A stretch of DNA of 32,000 nt, taken from assembly GCF_001457615.1 (NCBI RefSeq), contig NZ_LN831024.1:4890001-4922000 (forward strand). Reading direction: 5' to 3'. Below, piece after piece: positions 24,965-32,000 of the stretch. The position numbers and the translations under genes were made by a program. Every line of letters begins with the position of its first letter. Positions within the stretch are counted from its first letter, which is position 1. Source of the stretch: Pseudomonas aeruginosa. GTDB lineage: Bacteria; Pseudomonadota; Gammaproteobacteria; Pseudomonadales; Pseudomonadaceae. Below the pieces are notes generated by a model. It ran no database searches. It saw only the letters and a program-made list of their open reading frames with translations, and was not told the origin of the DNA.

Positions 24965-25720
24965 ATGACCCAGACCGCCATTACCCGCGAACCCGTCGCC
25001 GGACGCCGCCTGAAGGCCGAGCGCCTGAACGGCGCCCGCGCCCTGCGCGAGGCCCAGGCCCTGCGCTACCGCGTATTCAGCGCCGAGTTCGACGCCAAGC
25101 TCGAAGGCGCCGAAGACGGCCTCGACCGCGACGACTACGACCGTCACTGCGCGCACATCGGCGTCCGCGACCTCGACAGCGGCGCCCTGGTGGCCACCAC
25201 CCGGCTGCTCGACCATCGCGCCGCCGAACGCCTCGGGCGCTTCTACAGCGAAGAGGAGTTCCACCTCTCCGGCCTCGACGCCCTGCACGGCCCGGTCCTG
25301 GAGATCGGCCGCACCTGCGTCGCTCCCGAATACCGCAACGGCGCCACCATCGCGGTACTCTGGGGCGAACTCGCCGAGGTCCTCAACGAGGGCGGCTACC
25401 GCTACCTGATGGGCTGCGCCAGCATTCCCATGCGCGACGGCGGTATGCAGGCCAAGGCGGTGATGCAGCGGCTGCGCGAACGCTACCTGTGCACCGACTA
25501 CCTGCAGGCCGAGCCGAAGAACCCGCTGCCGCCGCTGGACGTCCCGGAAAACCTCACCGCCGAGCTGCCGCCGCTGCTCAAGGCCTACATGCGCCTGGGC
25601 GCCAAGATCTGCGGCGAGCCTTGCTGGGACCCGGATTTCCAGGTCGCCGACGTGTTCATCCTGCTCAAGCGCGACGAACTCTGCCCGCGCTACGCCCGCC
25701 ACTTCAAGGCAGCGGTCTGA
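24965..25720 (+). CDS. olsB: Ornithine N-acyltransferase (lyso-ornithine lipid synthase, 251 aa)
   Basis: ATG at 24965 with an AAGGAGG RBS at 24951-24957. Acetyltransf_5/hemolysin-like GNAT pattern ([13 protein letters not shown]..., [15 protein letters not shown]). The 102 upstream codons in the track ORF overlap the divergent gene and the promoter region. Confidence 0.85.
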
Positions 25721-26496
25721 TGGCGCGGCTGCGCCTGCTGCTGCGCAGCGCACGCCTGCTCGGGCTGGTCGCGCTCGGGCTGGGCCTGGCCGCTTGGGTC
25801 AGCCTGCGCGAGCGGCTGCCCGGCGCCGACGTCACGCCGCTGCGCCAGCGCCTGACCCGCTGGTGGCTGGCGCGCCTCTGCGCGGCCCTGCCCTTCGAGG
25901 TCAGGGTCAGCGGCGAAGCGCCCCGGCAACCCATGCTGTGGGTAGCCAACCATGTGTCCTGGACCGATATCCCGCTGCTCGGCGCCCTGGCGCCGCTGAC
26001 CTTCCTGTCCAAGGCCGAGGTGCGTGCCTGGCCGCTGGCCGGCTGGCTGGCGGAAAAGGCCGGCACCCTGTTCATCCGCCGCGGCTCGGGCGACAGCCGG
26101 CTGATCAACCAGCGCTTGGCCGAACAGCTGCACCGCGGACGCAACCTGCTGATCTTCCCGGAAGGCACCACCACCAACGGCGAAAGCCTGCGCACCTTCC
26201 ACGGTCGCCTGATGGCCAGCGCCCTGGAAGCCGGCGTGGCGGTGCAGCCGGTGGCCATCAGCTACCGCCGCGACGGCGTGCCCGATGCGCTGGCGCCGTT
26301 CATCGGCGACGACGACCTGCTCAGCCACCTCGGCCGCCTGCTGCGCGGCGAGCGCGGCAGCGTGCATATCCAGCTGCTGGAACCGATCCCCAGCCAGGGC
26401 CTGGACCGCGCCGAACTGGCCCGCCAGGCCCAGCAGGCGGTGCGCCTGGCGCTGTTCGGCACTGCCGCCCCTACGCAAACCCGGCGCGCCGCCTAG
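25720..26496 (+). CDS. olsA: Lyso-ornithine lipid O-acyltransferase (PlsC/LPLAT family, 258 aa)
   Basis: The ATG overlaps the olsB TGA (TGATG). N-terminal TM segment. PlsC motifs NHVSWTD (HX4D) and FPEGTT. Confidence 0.85.
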   Translation: MARLRLLLRSARLLGLVALGLGLAAWVSLRERLPGADVTPLRQRLTRWWLARLCAALPFEVRVSGEAPRQPMLWVANHVSWTDIPLLGALAPLTFLSKAEVRAWPLAGWLAEKAGTLFIRRGSGDSRLINQRLAEQLHRGRNLLIFPEGTTTNGESLRTFHGRLMASALEAGVAVQPVAISYRRDGVPDALAPFIGDDDLLSHLGRLLRGERGSVHIQLLEPIPSQGLDRAELARQAQQAVRLALFGTAAPTQTRRAA

Positions 26497-27353
26497 TCGC
26501 GCTTGGGCGGCACCGCCAGCACGTCGCACGGCAGGTCGCCGAGGGCCGCCTCGGCCACGCTGCCGATCAGCGCGCGGCGGAAGCCGGTCAGGCCCTGGGT
26601 GCCGAGCACCGTCAACTGCGGCGCCTGGCGGCGTACCTCGGTCATGATCACGTTGATCGGCAAGCCTTCGCCGACGCGCAACTGGATGTCCTCGCGGCCC
26701 AGCCCCAGGCCGGCGACGTAGTCGCGCAGCTCGACGTTGGCCTTGAGTTCCTCCTGGTCGACGTAATGCTCGACGCGGTCTTCCTTGATCCCCGAATAAC
26801 GCATCATGCCTTTCGCGAACGGCTCGAAGGCATGCAGCGCGGTGAGGCTGGCGGCGTCGAGGAAGCCGAGCTGGCCGGCCATCTGCACCGCGCGCGTCGA
26901 GGTCGGCGAGAAGTCCAGCGCCAGCAGCACCCGGCGGTACTCCTCTTCCGGCGCACCGGCCGCGCGCAGCACCGGGATCTTCGCATTGCGTACCACCCGC
27001 TCCAGGGTGGTGCCGATGAACAGGTCGCGCAGCGGCGTGTGCCGGTGCGCGCCCATCACCAGCAGGTCGGCGCCGATCTCCTCGGCCACCGCGTTGATCA
27101 CCACCACCGGATCGCCGACCCGCACGATCGCCTTGGACTCGACGCCGAGGCGCTCCTTCAGGGCCTGTCCGTTCACTTCCAGCAGGTTGGCGATGGCCAG
27201 CCGTTGCGGCGCGATCAGCACCGGCGGCTGGTCGTCGTCGAGCACGTTCAGCACGGTCAGTTCGGCATTCCTCGCCTTGGCCAGCGCCGCGGCGCGCATG
27301 ACCGCCAGCTCGGAACGCGAGGACAGGTCGGTCGCCACCAGGATTCGTTTCAT
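26493..27353 (-). CDS. uspN: Tandem universal stress protein (286 aa)
   Basis: ATG at 27353 with a GGAGG RBS 6 nt upstream. There are two USP domains (MKRILVATDLSSRS...LLVMGAHRH, and RRVLLALDFSP...). The second carries the ATP motif G-x2-G-x9-GS (GTQGLTGFRRALIGS). The gene symbol is from memory of the P. aeruginosa literature. Confidence 0.9.
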   Translation of the reverse strand: MKRILVATDLSSRSELAVMRAAALAKARNAELTVLNVLDDDQPPVLIAPQRLAIANLLEVNGQALKERLGVESKAIVRVGDPVVVINAVAEEIGADLLVMGAHRHTPLRDLFIGTTLERVVRNAKIPVLRAAGAPEEEYRRVLLALDFSPTSTRAVQMAGQLGFLDAASLTALHAFEPFAKGMMRYSGIKEDRVEHYVDQEELKANVELRDYVAGLGLGREDIQLRVGEGLPINVIMTEVRRQAPQLTVLGTQGLTGFRRALIGSVAEAALGDLPCDVLAVPPKRD

Positions 27354-27391
27354 CTTCCACCTCCATTGGCAGAGCGTTGAACGTCGGCCCC

Positions 27392-27433
27392 ATTGAACGA
27401 TCGACGCGACCGCTGCCGGTTGATGTGCATCAA
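27392..27433 (-). promoter_or_regulatory. Anr/FNR box (TTGATGTGCATCAA, 27420-27433) with a class-II-spaced -10 (TTCAAT, 27392-27397)
   Basis: It matches TTGAT-N4-ATCAA perfectly. The -10 hexamer starts 29.5 nt from the box centre, as expected for a box centred at -41.5. It lies about 73 nt upstream of the USP ATG. Confidence 0.85.
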
Positions 27434-27502
27434 GCGGATGCTTCGGACTGAAACAATTGATAGGTGATTCCGCCGGCCGGGCCAATGGCCGCTGCGCCAG
27501 GC

Positions 27503-28075
27503 TCAGCGCTGGCTCAGGGCGAAAGCCTGGAGTTGCGGGTAGAAGGCGCGGAAATCCGCGCTCAGGTCATCGTAGCGCTGGGCCAGTTCTTCCCAGGAGC
27601 CGTCCAGCAGGTGCGGTCGCGACAGCCTCCGCGACATACCGCCCAGCACTTCGCGCAAGACCGCGAACTCGCGGTAGCTGCCCAACCAGTCCTGGGCCGC
27701 CATCCGCGGCGCGATGCGCGCCAGGCGCTCCGGCAGCGGCGAGGCGGTGCGCAGGGTGCCGTAGACCCGCTCGACGAACTGCGGCAGCGGTTCGTCGGCG
27801 TAGTCGTTCCAGTCGCGCGCCAGGCAGTGGTCGAAGAACACGTCCAGCAGGACGCCGGCGAAACGCCGGCGCTCCAGCGGGAAGCGCCGCTTGGCCGCAT
27901 GCACCAGTGGGTGGCTGTCGGTGAAGGCGTCGATGCGCCGGTGCAACTGGATGGCCCGCTCGATCTCGTCCGGCCATTGTCCCTGCAGGCGGCCCTTGAC
28001 GAAGTCGCCGTACAGGCTGCCGAGCAGTTGGGCCGGTTGCGGGCCGCCGAGGTGGAGATGCGCGAGGTAGTTCAT
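27503..28075 (-). CDS. acpH: Acyl carrier protein phosphodiesterase (190 aa)
   Basis: The N-terminus MNYLAHLHLG is characteristic of AcpH. Also GSLYGDFVKG and HRRIDAFTDSHP. Confidence 0.85.
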   Translation of the reverse strand: MNYLAHLHLGGPQPAQLLGSLYGDFVKGRLQGQWPDEIERAIQLHRRIDAFTDSHPLVHAAKRRFPLERRRFAGVLLDVFFDHCLARDWNDYADEPLPQFVERVYGTLRTASPLPERLARIAPRMAAQDWLGSYREFAVLREVLGGMSRRLSRPHLLDGSWEELAQRYDDLSADFRAFYPQLQAFALSQR

Positions 28076-28133
28076 GCGGGCTAGCTTACCCCAGGGACGG
28101 AACGGTCGTTTCGATCATCGTCATCAGCCCTGT

Positions 28134-28183
28134 CGATAGCGACTATCGTCGCAATCGATCCCCATATCGTCCCACACCGATAT
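28134..28183. promoter_or_regulatory. Two palindromes in the acpH/pyeR divergent intergenic region (candidate ArsR-type operator(s))
   Basis: CGATAG-CGA-CTATCG (28134-28148) and ATATCG-N8-CGATAT (28164-28183). Both share the CGATA/TATCG core. TCGTCCCA..CCGATAT occurs twice as a direct repeat (28168-28183 and 28189-28203). TATAGT at 28183-28188 is -10-like. Confidence 0.45.
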
Positions 28184-28203
28184 ATAGTTCGTCCCAACCC
28201 GAT

Positions 28204-28530
28204 ATGGACGGCCAACGGACCACCGCCATGCCACTGGACATCGACGAAATCATCAAGGCTCTCTCCCACCCGGTGCGACGCGACATGCTGCGCTGGCTGA
28301 AGGAACCGGAGAAGTACTTCGTCGAGCAGGACCACCCGTTCGAGATCGGCGTCTGCGCCGGCAAGTTCGACCAGCGTACCGGTCTCTCCCAGTCCACCGT
28401 ATCGGTACACCTCGCCACCCTGCAACGCGCCGGTCTGGTGACCAGCCGCCGGGTCGGCCAGTGGAACTTCTTCAAGCGCAACGAGGAGACCATCCAGGCC
28501 TTCCTCGACCAACTCGGCGACGAGCTGTAA
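28204..28530 (+). CDS. pyeR: ArsR-family transcriptional repressor (108 aa)
   Basis: wHTH region ALSHPVRRDMLRWL...LSQSTVSVHLATLQRAGLV. The start could instead be the ATG at 28228 (Met9); neither candidate has a clear SD. Confidence 0.85.
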   Translation: MDGQRTTAMPLDIDEIIKALSHPVRRDMLRWLKEPEKYFVEQDHPFEIGVCAGKFDQRTGLSQSTVSVHLATLQRAGLVTSRRVGQWNFFKRNEETIQAFLDQLGDEL

Positions 28531-28578
28531 GCAGCACTCGCTTCCACCCCACCACCTCGCAGTCCAGGAGCTCGACCG

Positions 28579-29745
28579 ATGCCGGCGTCTCTTCTCGTCC
28601 TCGCTTTATCCGCCTTTGCCATCGGTACCACCGAATTCGTCATCATGGGCCTGCTGCCGCAGGTCGCCGGCGACCTGCGGGTATCCATTCCCAGCGCCGG
28701 CTGGCTGATCAGCGGCTACGCCTTCGCCGTGGCCTTCGGCGCCCCGCTGATGGCCATGGCCACCGCCCGCCTGGAACGCAAGAAAGCCCTGCTCGCGCTG
28801 ATGGGCATCTTCATCGTCGGCAACCTGCTCTGCGCGGTGGCCGCCAACTACGGCCTGCTGATGCTGGCGCGGATCGTCACCGCGCTCTGCCATGGCGCCT
28901 TCTTCGGCATCGGCTCGGTGGTCGCCGCCAGCCTGGTGGCGCCGAACCGCCGCGCTTCCGCCGTGGCCCTGATGTTCACCGGCCTGACCCTGGCCAACGT
29001 GCTCGGCGTGCCGCTGGGTACCGCGCTCGGCCAGGAAGCCGGCTGGCGCGCGACCTTCTGGGTGGTGACCCTGATCGGCGTGGTCGCCTTCGTCGGCCTG
29101 GCCAGGGTGCTGCCAAACGACCGCGAGGAAGAGAAGGTCGACCTGCGCCAGGAAATGTCCGCGCTGAAGAACCCGTCGCTGTGGCTGGCCCTGGGCACCA
29201 CCGTGCTGTTCGCCGCCTCGATGTTCGCCCTGTTCACCTACGTCGCGCCGCTGCTCGGCGAAGTCACCGGGGTCAGCCCGCGCGGCGTGACCTGGACCCT
29301 GCTGCTGATCGGCGTCGGCCTGACCGTCGGCAACGTGATCGGCGGCCGCCTCGCCGACTGGCGCCTGGGCACCACCATGGCCGCGGTGTTCGCCGCCATG
29401 GCGCTGGTCTCGGCGCTGTTCAGCTGGACCAGCCAGGCCCTGCTGCCGGCGGAGATCACCCTGTTCTTCTGGGCCGCCGCCGCCTTCGCCGCGGTGCCCG
29501 CGCTGCAGGTCAACGTGGTCCGCGTCGGGCATGCCGCGCCGAACCTGGTGGCGACCCTGAACATCGGCGCCTTCAACGTCGGCAACGCGCTCGGCGCCTG
29601 GGTCGGCGGCAGCGTCATCGACCACGGCCTGGGCCTGACCCGCGTGCCGCTGGCCGCCGCCGCGCTGGCCGCGCTGGCGCTGCTGGCCACCCTGATCGCC
29701 TTTTCCGGAAACGGCCGCGCCCAGGCGCAGCCGGTCCTCGATTGA
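28579..29745 (+). CDS. pyeM: MFS transporter (12 TM, 388 aa)
   Basis: ATG at 28579 with a CAGGAG RBS. The N-terminus LSAFAIGTTEFVIMGLLPQVA is typical of the AraJ/YdhP-like MFS subfamily. Confidence 0.9.
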   Translation: MPASLLVLALSAFAIGTTEFVIMGLLPQVAGDLRVSIPSAGWLISGYAFAVAFGAPLMAMATARLERKKALLALMGIFIVGNLLCAVAANYGLLMLARIVTALCHGAFFGIGSVVAASLVAPNRRASAVALMFTGLTLANVLGVPLGTALGQEAGWRATFWVVTLIGVVAFVGLARVLPNDREEEKVDLRQEMSALKNPSLWLALGTTVLFAASMFALFTYVAPLLGEVTGVSPRGVTWTLLLIGVGLTVGNVIGGRLADWRLGTTMAAVFAAMALVSALFSWTSQALLPAEITLFFWAAAAFAAVPALQVNVVRVGHAAPNLVATLNIGAFNVGNALGAWVGGSVIDHGLGLTRVPLAAAALAALALLATLIAFSGNGRAQAQPVLD

Positions 29746-29781
29746 TCCCCTGTCCGTCTATTCCCTAGTGGAGGATGTTCC

Positions 29782-30834
29782 ATGGCTACTCTGTTCGATC
29801 CCATCGTGCTCGGCGACCTCGAGCTGCCCAACCGCATCGTCATGGCGCCGCTGACCCGCTGCCGCGCCGATGAAGGCCGCGTGCCCAACGCCCTGATGGC
29901 CGAGTACTACGCCCAGCGCGCCGATGCCGGCCTGATCCTCAGCGAGGCCACCGCGGTCACGCCGATGGGCGTGGGCTACCCCGACACCCCCGGCATCTGG
30001 TCCGATGACCAGGTCCGTGGCTGGAGCAACGTGACCAAGGCGGTGCACGCCGCCGGCGGGCGCATCTTCCTGCAACTCTGGCACGTCGGGCGGATTTCCG
30101 ATCCGCTCTACCTGAATGGCGAGCTGCCGGTGGCGCCGAGCGCCATCGCCGCCGAGGGGCACGTCAGCCTGGTGCGCCCGAAGCGTCCCTACGTCACCCC
30201 GCGCGCGCTGGACACCGAGGAGATCGCCGACATCGTCGAGGCCTACCGCCAGGGCGCCGAGCGGGCCAAGGCCGCCGGCTTCGACGGCGTGGAGATCCAC
30301 GGCGCCAACGGCTACCTGCTCGACCAGTTCCTCCAGGACAGCACCAACAAGCGCACCGACCGCTACGGCGGCTCCATCGAGAACCGCGCGCGCCTGCTGC
30401 TGGAGGTCACCGACGCGGCGATCTCCGTATGGGGCGCCCAGCGCGTCGGCGTACACCTGGCGCCGCGTGCCGACTCCCACGACATGGGCGATTCCAACCG
30501 CCTGGAAACCTTCAGCCATGTCGCCCGTGAGCTGGGCAAGCGCGGCATCGCCTTCATCTGCGCCCGCGAAGCGCAGGCCGACGACAGCATCGGCGTAGCC
30601 CTGAAGAAAGCCTTCGGCGGACCCTACATCGCCAACGAGCAGTTCACCCTCGACAGCGCCAACGCCATCCTGGCCAAGGGCGACGCCGATGCGGTGGCCT
30701 TCGGCGTCCCCTTCATCGCCAACCCGGACCTGGTCGAACGCCTGCGCCAGGGCGCCGAACTGAACCCGCCGCGCCCGGAAACCTTCTATACCGGCGGTAC
30801 CGAAGGCTACCTGGACTATCCGACCCTGGCCTGA
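29782..30834 (+). CDS. xenB: Old Yellow Enzyme family NAD(P)H:flavin oxidoreductase (xenobiotic reductase B, 350 aa)
   Basis: ATG at 29782 with a GGAGGA RBS. OYE motifs MAPLTR, LQLWHVGR and HGANGYLLDQFL. Confidence 0.9.
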   Translation: MATLFDPIVLGDLELPNRIVMAPLTRCRADEGRVPNALMAEYYAQRADAGLILSEATAVTPMGVGYPDTPGIWSDDQVRGWSNVTKAVHAAGGRIFLQLWHVGRISDPLYLNGELPVAPSAIAAEGHVSLVRPKRPYVTPRALDTEEIADIVEAYRQGAERAKAAGFDGVEIHGANGYLLDQFLQDSTNKRTDRYGGSIENRARLLLEVTDAAISVWGAQRVGVHLAPRADSHDMGDSNRLETFSHVARELGKRGIAFICAREAQADDSIGVALKKAFGGPYIANEQFTLDSANAILAKGDADAVAFGVPFIANPDLVERLRQGAELNPPRPETFYTGGTEGYLDYPTLA

Positions 30835-30850
30835 TCGCGCCAGCCAGGAA

Positions 30851-30879
30851 GAGCCCGCCACGCTTGTCGTGGCGGGCTC
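30851..30879. terminator. Stem-loop terminator between convergent xenB and feoC
   Basis: GAGCCCGCCACG-cttgt-CGTGGCGGGCTC: a 12-bp perfect stem. It is followed on the plus strand by a weak T-rich run (TGTGCTTTG). Confidence 0.75.
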
Positions 30880-30893
30880 TGTGCTTTGCCTGT

Positions 30894-31136
30894 CTAGCGC
30901 AGGCGGAAATACGGCTCCGGCTCCGCGCACGGATCGCGCTGGGCGCAGCCCTTGCAACCGCCGCCGCAACCGCCCGAGCTTTGCGCAGCCACCCGCTCGA
31001 CCTTGCCGAGCGCGATCAGCCGCTCCAGGATCGCCTCCACCAGCGCCGGCGGCGCGTCCACCTGGCGGCTGAGCTGTTTCAGCCCACGCGCCTGGCCGTC
31101 TTCCAGGGCGGCGCGGATCTGCATGAGTGTCGCCAT
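30894..31136 (-). CDS. feoC: FeoC-like winged-helix protein with a C-terminal Cys cluster (80 aa as called)
   Basis: I prefer the ATG at 31136 (MATLMQIRAAL...). GGGAGG lies 9 nt upstream of it, and this N-terminus aligns with E. coli FeoC (MASLIQVRDLL) as I recall it. The track start at 31145 abuts the RBS with zero spacing. Cys motif C-x3-C-x2-C-x5-C. Confidence 0.8.
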   Translation of the reverse strand: MATLMQIRAALEDGQARGLKQLSRQVDAPPALVEAILERLIALGKVERVAAQSSGGCGGGCKGCAQRDPCAEPEPYFRLR

Positions 31137-32000
31137 CAGTGACATCCTCCCTGCCCGCTCGGGGCATCGGCCATTCGGCCTGGCAGTTGCAGTACCTGCT
31201 CACGGCCGAACAGACGCAGGCAGGTCATCAGGATCAGGTTGAAGAGCAGCACCACGGCGATGGTCAGGACGCTACGCTCGGGGTGCGCGGCGAAGGTGGC
31301 GACCTGGTAGCAGAGGGTCGCCAGCGAGTAGGCGACGTTCAGCCCCCAGAGCACCGAGAAAGCCATCCAGCCCTTGCTGCTTTCCCGGGCGATCGCGCCC
31401 ATGGCGGTCACGCAGGGCACGTAGAGCAGGACGAAGACCAGATAGCTGTAGGCCGCGATGGGGCTGCCGAACTTGCTCGCCATGGTGCCCATCGAGCCGC
31501 TCTCCATGTCGCCGTCGGCCATGCTCGCCTCCACCGGGTTGGCCAGCACGCTGAGGCTGAAGGTATCGACCAGGCCGTCCCAGGTCTCGACCAGGGCGTC
31601 GCGCAGTTGCCCGGGCAGGTCGTAGCCTTCGTAGTCGAAGGCCTCGCCCTGGATCTGCTCGGCGGTGTAGAGGGTGTTCAGGGTGCCGACCACCACTTCC
31701 TTGGCCATCGCCCCGGTGACCAGGCCGACGGTGGCCTGCCAGTTGTCCGGCTGCACCCCGAGCGGCGCCAGCAGCGGAGTGAGACGCTGGCTGACGCTGG
31801 CCAGGGCGGAATGGCCGATGTCGCCCTGCACCGGCTTGCCGTCGAGGGTGATGCTGTTCAGGCCGCCGATCACCAGGCTGACCAGGATGATCACCTTGCC
31901 GGCCCGCACCACGAAGCCGCGCAGGCGCGACCAGGTCTGCAGCAGCAGGCTCTTAAGGTGTGGCACATGGTACAGCGGCAGTTCCATGACGAACGGCGAG
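31136..32000 (-). CDS. feoB: Ferrous iron transporter FeoB, C-terminal membrane portion (gene continues beyond the window)
   Basis: The frame is open to the window edge. Polytopic membrane sequence typical of the FeoB gate/C-terminal domain (VTGAMAKEVVVGTLNTLY, LLYVPCVTAMGAIARE). TGA at 31136-31138. Confidence 0.9.
   Translation of the reverse strand, partial: SPFVMELPLYHVPHLKSLLLQTWSRLRGFVVRAGKVIILVSLVIGGLNSITLDGKPVQGDIGHSALASVSQRLTPLLAPLGVQPDNWQATVGLVTGAMAKEVVVGTLNTLYTAEQIQGEAFDYEGYDLPGQLRDALVETWDGLVDTFSLSVLANPVEASMADGDMESGSMGTMASKFGSPIAAYSYLVFVLLYVPCVTAMGAIARESSKGWMAFSVLWGLNVAYSLATLCYQVATFAAHPERSVLTIAVVLLFNLILMTCLRLFGREQVLQLPGRMADAPSGQGGCH

Noticed and set aside
1-32000. Whether any part of the window is a horizontally acquired island, prophage, or defence or toxin-antitoxin locus.
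   Set aside because: I saw no integrase, transposase, tRNA or att-like flanks, no marked drop in GC apart from short promoter regions, and no recognisable defence or TA gene pairs. The RHH protein has no adjacent toxin-like partner. The gene content is metabolic, envelope and regulatory, as expected of the conserved core.

Overview
This is high-GC, Pseudomonas aeruginosa-type core chromosome (GC judged by eye, not computed). Gene order and protein sequences match my recollection of the PAO1 interval of roughly PA4325-PA4358; that is from memory and needs a BLAST check. I support 34 CDS, one of them truncated at the window edge. In order they are: a DUF4124 protein, two divergent TPR-like lipoproteins, a tandem-USP protein, pykA, an enoyl-CoA hydratase, a 2Fe-2S/FNR reductase, sadC (GGDEF), class I fumarase, mntH (NRAMP), an RHH_4 protein, a DJ-1/PfpI protein, a DUF2846 lipoprotein, an acyltransferase_3 protein, a two-HKD PLD/ClsB-like enzyme, a YceI-like protein, an IclR regulator, an amidase, an MHS-type MFS transporter, an M20 amidohydrolase, a second YceI-like protein, a small Cys-rich membrane protein, a class-C beta-lactamase-fold serine hydrolase, an FprA-like MBL-fold protein, an ACAD-fold protein, olsB, olsA, a tandem-USP protein (uspN), acpH, pyeR-pyeM-xenB, feoC and feoB (3' part). 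I saw no tRNA, rRNA, CRISPR array, transposase, integrase or compositional island. Many long ORFs in the supplied track are antisense or out-of-frame artefacts of the high GC content. Non-coding features I can read directly are: a 111-bp x ~2.4 composite REP array after pykA; two strong bidirectional intrinsic terminators; a perfect Anr/FNR box with class-II spacing upstream of uspN, and a weaker one with identical geometry upstream of the other USP gene; 11-bp-phased Pho-box half-sites upstream of olsBA; palindromes in the acpH/pyeR intergenic region; and a 19-bp palindrome upstream of the amidohydrolase operon. I found no convincing evidence of a dramatic new system such as a defence island. 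The most interesting leads are two uncharacterised gene clusters, each containing a YceI-like secreted paralog. One is translationally coupled to a PLD/ClsB-like enzyme next to an integral-membrane acyltransferase. The other ends a five-gene hydrolase/ACAD-fold cluster that diverges from olsBA and shares the Pho-box region. Together with olsBA and acpH they make this window unusually rich in putative envelope-lipid functions. Also of interest are the 8-bp overlap that couples sadC to a ferredoxin-reductase gene, and a DJ-1/RHH/NRAMP cluster with a structured leader.
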